This document shows positions 28,801-30,148 of a stretch of DNA of 30,148 bases, in pieces. A program made the translations under genes and the position numbers. The notes beneath the pieces were generated by a model. That model was not told where the DNA came from, ran no database searches, and worked only from the letters and a program-made list of their open reading frames with translations. Position 1 is the first letter of the stretch, and every line of letters begins with the position of its first letter. This DNA is from a virus (lineage: Duplodnaviria; Caudoviricetes): the IMG/VR virus record IMGVR_UViG_3300017768_000044, positions 1 through 30,148 of that record. One strand, given 5' to 3'.

Positions 28801-30148
28801 CTACTTGGTTTAGGTAAAATACCAGTTGTGGTGCCTACAGTATCAGCACGCAACTGAATAGCAGCACCTGTTGTAATACCGTGTGGGAAGTTAAACTGTA
28901 GATAATTAAGGTCTAAGTTAACAACATAATTAAATTCTGATTTTAGAGTTACAACTGGCTCAGATGAATATCCTTGACCTGGATTCTTAATAAGAATTTC
29001 ATTCAATCGATTGTTTTTAATAACCGCTTCTGCTTCAGCACCTGATCCACCACCACCTGTGATTACAACTGCAGGTGCAGATGTATAACCAGAACCTGGG
29101 TTAGTTATGGTAATCTCAGTTAGTATTGAGGTATTGAATAGTTGTAGGTTTACAGGGAATGTAATCTCAGGACGTAGAGTATAGTCATGAGAGTAACCGA
29201 AACCAAATTCGTTGTTTTTAAGTCTCTTAATCTTACCAATATTTCTACCAGTTAAGAATACAGATGCACCACTACCTTCAGCAGGTATTACAACAGCAAG
29301 TGCAGCACCTGATCCTGCAAGTTGATTACCAAGAATACCAGAAATACTATCAACATCTATACTTGCAGTAGTGTATCCTTTACCTGGATCTGTAACTGTT
29401 ACATCAGTAATTGTGCCTGATCCAATCTCTTCGTCAAGGGTAACTGTAATAGTTGCTAGACCACCTTCTCCATCACCATTGATAGGCACATTATAGTAAA
29501 CACCAGTTGCATATTCTGTACCTCCTGAGGTTATAGTAATACGCTCAATCTGTCTGAAGGATGCAATGTCAGATATAATAGGTAGTCTCTGATAGAATCC
29601 ACCTGGTGATACTAGTTTAATAGTATTGATAGGTCCGATTGCCTTGACCGATGTTGTTGAGTAGTAGGTAAATGGATTACCAAATTCATCATCTTGGACT
29701 TCTGCTGATGATGTTTCTGGCTCAAGTAGTAATGGGAATTTAAATTCAGTGTTATTAACAATCTGAGAGATTCTAAATGTGCCATCGTAAGGTGTCTTGA
29801 TAACATCAACAAAAGAGTTATCCCCAACAGGAGACATTGCTCCAATCCTAGATGGATCAAAGTAGTAAGAAATATTAGTTACATTACCAATAGCAGAGAA
29901 TTTAACATATGGTCTTAGACCTTCTGCTTGAATACCTGGTGTGCCGACTCGAGTAATATTATTGAAAGAATATTCCAACTTATACTGGTTATCCTGTGCA
30001 AATGACAGATAGTAATTTAAGTTAGATGCATCTCCAACATCAAACACATACTGATGATCTCGTATGAATGTAAGTGATGGATGCTTAGCGTAGATATTAA
30101 CGTTGCTTATGCTACCTTGTAAGAATAGAGGATCTCCTGCAGCAGTTG
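16863..30148 (-). CDS. gp7: Giant gp7-like baseplate wedge initiator, 5'-truncated (>4420 aa in window)
   Basis: The frame is open beyond the track's GTG at 30047 to the window edge (TAAGDPLFLQGSISNVNIYAKHPSLTFIRDHQYVFD). Contains the gp7 core motif KIQDSFFYQSFSYVITSEIP..W...NHPTGFKMFG (~28190-28310), Gly-rich beta repeats, helical repeats, a LamG-like domain and a C-terminal Ig-like domain. Lies upstream of gp8. Confidence 0.75.
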   Translation of the reverse strand, partial: TAAGDPLFLQGSISNVNIYAKHPSLTFIRDHQYVFDVGDASNLNYYLSFAQDNQYKLEYSFNNITRVGTPGIQAEGLRPYVKFSAIGNVTNISYYFDPSRIGAMSPVGDNSFVDVIKTPYDGTFRISQIVNNTEFKFPLLLEPETSSAEVQDDEFGNPFTYYSTTSVKAIGPINTIKLVSPGGFYQRLPIISDIASFRQIERITITSGGTEYATGVYYNVPINGDGEGGLATITVTLDEEIGSGTITDVTVTDPGKGYTTASIDVDSISGILGNQLAGSGAALAVVIPAEGSGASVFLTGRNIGKIKRLKNNEFGFGYSHDYTLRPEITFPVNLQLFNTSILTEITITNPGSGYTSAPAVVITGGGGSGAEAEAVIKNNRLNEILIKNPGQGYSSEPVVTLKSEFNYVVNLDLNYLQFNFPHGITTGAAIQLRADTVGTTTGILPKPSSAGLTSLIDGQIYYAIADQLESDQLRFGLTLQAAQSGDFITFLTQGEGRQTLLTEVFGGTADAVVATSRFLAGEKIFQGNSPEQASAVGYVSTNTGWQIGPKILKIVDYTGNFVEGEKISGEVSKASGIIDNLSIARGVLNIDSITTTPGRFIDDVGKPSEIVQKIQDSFFYQSFSYVITSEIPITRWKKQVLDNNHPTGFKMFGQLQLTGGKDVSGRKVGTEFIKEVNINEYTNVNQITSFGAAEPIYTDYNNTEVLFRSRRLTSSEEILTSIVKKIDNISDQFDGILKSFPITVEGDGVIVKGNQLMITLNGVIQSPGSAYQIVGNQIVFAEPPKAASQVRYRSVRFATIPVYRITLTNPQGIFPEMGQQVNGETSDAYATVVDSGTFHIDVINITDGPFIVSEILKRTNLFTAVVASVDLINTENLFDFQETITNFDGDIAIIEETNLDATGGATDTLLLSKTSGTARFETGIFDIRLNEYIYSSSSKIVAQITFISPYLDPNTGQPVDTLIINKGSTFFGLIYERLVAIQNPNVILDDISQSSITPVQLYDSAVRINEDFLDFEEVRSTEIEYDNLSSGTFAKGDNLRNKAIFYANLVGNAGNRKNDGARSIGRNKQEIIDRAERWVAVEHPDFYYPGDVQTNTTSRFRDAHRMIWKNIEAIKLQSYDLQKTQFTGTSAGDKAGYLDDARLWLECIALDIHSGGNEDSLKWINEYFSDSSTLSYTRAQSELIYIIEQAKILVMSAITNQLTGVFSATNSTDEATYYADLSITADPSPGSAYATPGSNTDNATTTNCSDVQSAISTIWTWQNEALTAGNLNNIPSEISPTTSIGQEKCRRDLGLFIDALSDDLGAGGEFQCQNFAEQYFDTTGNFILNGFYGEVAESQTAILKARDTMMYAINNLLFVKDIGNEGYNLNDPLTYGGSAPAHTYDNNYSAGNAQSLSNCADVQQNITFLTDIVIHSVTAENTHNLTGAISYTSEGTGGPKITGVFADPVPQTSLKIDGANLLLNNKEFIAYEALHIYKTANPSFTQYQTESDCTDDIKDVIEAIAYDLKYGGNSRVYDAATYAIAYDDSTTTAAQINGIFAEAQTIAGNVIQNGTDTFTVANVNNGNRTFDVTVPTVTLNAGDALTYVGNGKMVVAPPQFTPSGATYNPVTGDLVLTIGSHSITAGRFVTIAANSLTFNCTMDSGSSNKTYPRESDPYYNKPLEVTSVVANTSITVNVGASPEITFTPTAVTYSPSSGVMVMTIGEHRLEAGTSIKFAQESIVFRCSQDNYLTDHAYPRTTDPFYNTAVTITAATATTITVNVGVATASGQYEHVFQSASFGAVITGGNYTHTFVSATSNAVTLDNTADIANAVYDVGTGTLSITLAENYTPTLSNGNTVRLHYLHFVSKTFGDYYYPRFAATGTHNKNQWFDTDLTPVNSDTNACATVVSAFNTLMSVYTTAYTNNNMAHATRTAPTERTITDGGYTAGETLRVTKYAYKDPSRGLFLPGENLKGVTTNASAPIKGSNSGLKWIYGGNATGTFSLNEYVTNSTLVNSSCTVDDITILSALSNSTKSVRIPNTGQIVQTERNDFKFGTGDFTIEMRLRADAISGNQIIFDMRRPQASSTGLNLVLNASGNVILNNGGSALITSTNTLIAARWHHIAIVRKTAVTSMYIDGVQQTNYNDTNTYPFARFALGKDVSNAQQFIGNLDNLMVRKGTADYDAATITPPSDPDFTRTGIVFGLNGEAPFIVSTTETYATLTGLTNSSSTLKSIDYLNKRITIEEVDLGREIYRDAADIIDINRDWIAEEAVGIMQAYFPDFVIPGDIYGASSSMSGTNVCIRDTRDYILPAIVKDLKEGGNYNVIVTARFYRTRGGEIEYIGQELLQTLYAWREVVKLCKEVINTSSTDLTGTYTTKLRVPHALTGVTGVETQLDVLGDYIADVLAPTGARFRDAGSLIWKNRDYIAEEAVGYINALYTKTINSVPVQFLTIPNNTKCIRDLKDHVLPAVIGDIIMGGNAETQKVIDSYLNSDSEILYITDELQPMIDAIHYTEMLALKAVNNLLLSPGETSAALGAGATYQDEYFSPVYTNRTAFRDATITYDPKQFDQSRTGSNKYLDAANLIDENARVIAKEAVSTMNDLSKYGSFIVPTGNPVDCEDDVVDILAGVAHDIRHGGNSEIFRIGKLYVRSDGGIKHIEGETEASKSVFKIARDMAILTIRNGFGRDTLPGHNEVTFQESSYERNGASNNRIHAARAIERNIRFIAEEAVLRGLDQYTSLSINGGSSALWDQEFTPTDVAYNSGNGLMVITIGDHDIQRGDTVRFTPLGITLRCDQDNYATDHPYPRTTDPYYEKPCLVLDHTLTTITVNVGASPVGQQYNHQFQSALPGSVKLGSKMGGQQMTPTNITYNSETGVMVMTIPNHVFNIGNRMMIAPNSLVFTCTQDNNASNHSYPRTTDPYYNKTVGVTAVSTGAVNITNATYQETTGILQITSAGHGLVTGNRVKIATDGITFTCTQDGNNTNHSYPRATDPAADKWLLVTKVDDDNIKVNVYPSQVGQQYPHTFVSASTGALIKQGGTVTVNIGASPAGQQYTHTFVSAAHNSITAAGSIDCVHDVADILRWHTFNLEYGGDNMVALGAGYYVENGVIQHISGVVTEVTWITNTARDIAKQIYQGTTPNRHIENGAEYTPITDIQDKWVNDTGYLAAISDSDVDNEVNRLISIVTDTITDPDGNDTSGSNGTSAYPNSVSNSSFTPNLPNIWPCKYGGDIPLRDVSITYDNTAGNDPNANTTGGPSTWNQTCPDQRSAINTLMAILEGGIDAAVAGNGLTYYGSTVTETAPTSPTVNEYNMGKCYDVRLGIESKYKVMYETLSGGSTSNKMAAKMILFNRPAIRQRAFDQTSTFYPTYTGTIEFGDQIIDSVIYDLVTGGNGQAFDSISNWFDGDGNMIVYTDVVRTHLIYHMTRIREYIKSIIYNPGEAGWIPYITSPGLYIPPLRTEWNQESTEFNMDSSVNVFEFALEQSKFSTEAKTTWIANTDVHNRHNAYNEGFDWNTDPALVSLTPTVRAGYDRKEFRIRIYRANFFRRGDVVQYIPASGSTIGGADQAMYYILNAEATFFEIGAVATHDGRFRALRFDDTVSTSHIFQVLVRSGISRATTVYGDPNVETPYSGGFVDADVLYCTQSDVFAEIGSQSFNQASIRETFKYVILGNPSDPGVSKFTNGENVFKSGDATAVGKIIQQNYNTGNTQIILRVVDKTGPNWAVGDTLVGLDSSTTADITGLTDRLLLNVNLGSYAVGDKIFKKADNTEADIVFYDNKSGAIIGNDGGRVVMDVETIQSGWATNDIIYGSLTDYILDVKGIYQPGGVAEVNDIIHGTEVVELDLGSTFIEAGLAATFEVGDEVNMLIGTVIRNPGLTGYVTKYQPADNTVTPPLAHKIWIGNVQPVGTGAPVSDFTNSGIFIGKYDISTNFPVIYANITAVSNPQYTSYAKISKIEQSGITARIWVEQAVGDFYDNMTIKGDDGWGAAISDARTLVGRVDRYFRGFDGVQQNFSLSVENGQAYFPDPAGHMLIFVNGILQPPGAVNAYTAFSDQIQFTEPPEIGSEFIGYYVGKLRQLDDIGFEFDSLRSSFNLKLDGIFYSLTLTEGVSSATILPENNILVSLNGIVQEPGVSYEIVGSRIIFAEVPRAGATFVGFSYIGSDADVISATVVPPIEAGDELDIEGEEFPREVALIESSNSLITFEYTGSVKGRNAEALANITSGQVIAATITNPGDGYTSKPNVEVISSTGFDARLVPMMGIQRIDVRTAGVGYALAVVAAETTVEDNFVTPTGAPVNNGFDVYAGEGIDQQGNPIVVEDGLIRININPVNVTVNQGQTATFTVVADFVRASDSALNTTTLNYQWQKKDYGTTTWTNIIGGNQLAYPTGSTTQQDDGDEFRVAITAAGATPVYSFSAILSVQIGSTVISNFTPDQIFDDA
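16920..17225 (-). other. C-terminal Ig-like domain of gp7
   Basis: ININPVNVTVNQGQTATFTVVA...LNYQWQKK...WTNIIG...DDGDEFRVAITA...SFSAILSVQ. Confidence 0.8.
20995..25350 (-). repeat. Five ~95-aa beta-rich C-x2-D/H-x-YPR-x2-DP repeats in two clusters (20995-21932 and 24740-25350)
   Basis: Consensus (F)TP-x3-Y-x4-G-x-(M/L)-x2-TI-x2-H...(F/L)-x-C-x2-D-x5-H-x-YPR-x2-DP-(Y/F)Y...ITVNVG-x-S...Y-x-H-x-F-x-SA. Confidence 0.9.
23650..24100 (-). other. LamG / concanavalin-A-like lectin domain within gp7
   Basis: FKFGTGDFTIEMRLR...WHHIAIVRK...MYIDGVQ...FALG...FIGNLDNLMVRKG is the Laminin_G_3-type pattern. Confidence 0.8.

Noticed and set aside
4118-29860. Short alternative-frame minus-strand ORFs nested in vrlC, gp8, gp7 and others
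   Set aside because: Leu/Gln/Met-rich frame-shift shadows of biased codon usage, with no independent evidence of translation.
30045-30047. GTG start of the 4394-aa ORF
   Set aside because: The frame stays open to the window edge, so the true start is outside the window.
16863-30148. Bacterial giant adhesin/RTX protein, or intein/intron-inflated gene
   Set aside because: The gp7 core motif, adjacent gp8 and vrlC, and late promoters indicate a phage. I saw no RTX nonapeptide series, intein splice motifs or homing endonuclease motifs.
1-30148. tRNA, rRNA or mobile elements
   Set aside because: Intergenic gaps are under 70 nt, and no such signatures were seen.

Overview
AT-rich, gene-dense segment of a T4-like (myovirus) phage genome, most likely a marine cyanophage infecting Prochlorococcus or Synechococcus (inferred from the gene set, gene order and NATAAATA late promoters). 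All credible genes are on the minus strand and form a baseplate/fibre module. In transcription order: giant gp7-like baseplate wedge initiator (5'-truncated, >4400 aa); YHYH+Ig protein; gp9/10-anchored fibre-like protein ending in a cupredoxin-like domain; 614-aa Gly-rich structural protein; gp8 baseplate wedge; VrlC/DUF4815 protein; two small coiled-coil proteins; and a tail-fibre gene missed by the ORF track (1..2373, 3'-truncated). Main observations: (1) about 8 helical repeats in gp7 resemble phycobiliprotein (globin-fold) subunits, with Cys at positions equivalent to the bilin-attachment sites; (2) an intact amicyanin-type copper-ligand set on a predicted virion protein; (3) nested domain insertions in gp7; (4) a near-consensus sigma70 promoter pointing antisense into vrlC; (5) apparent GTAC depletion through synonymous codon choice. 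All domain calls were made by eye, without database searches.
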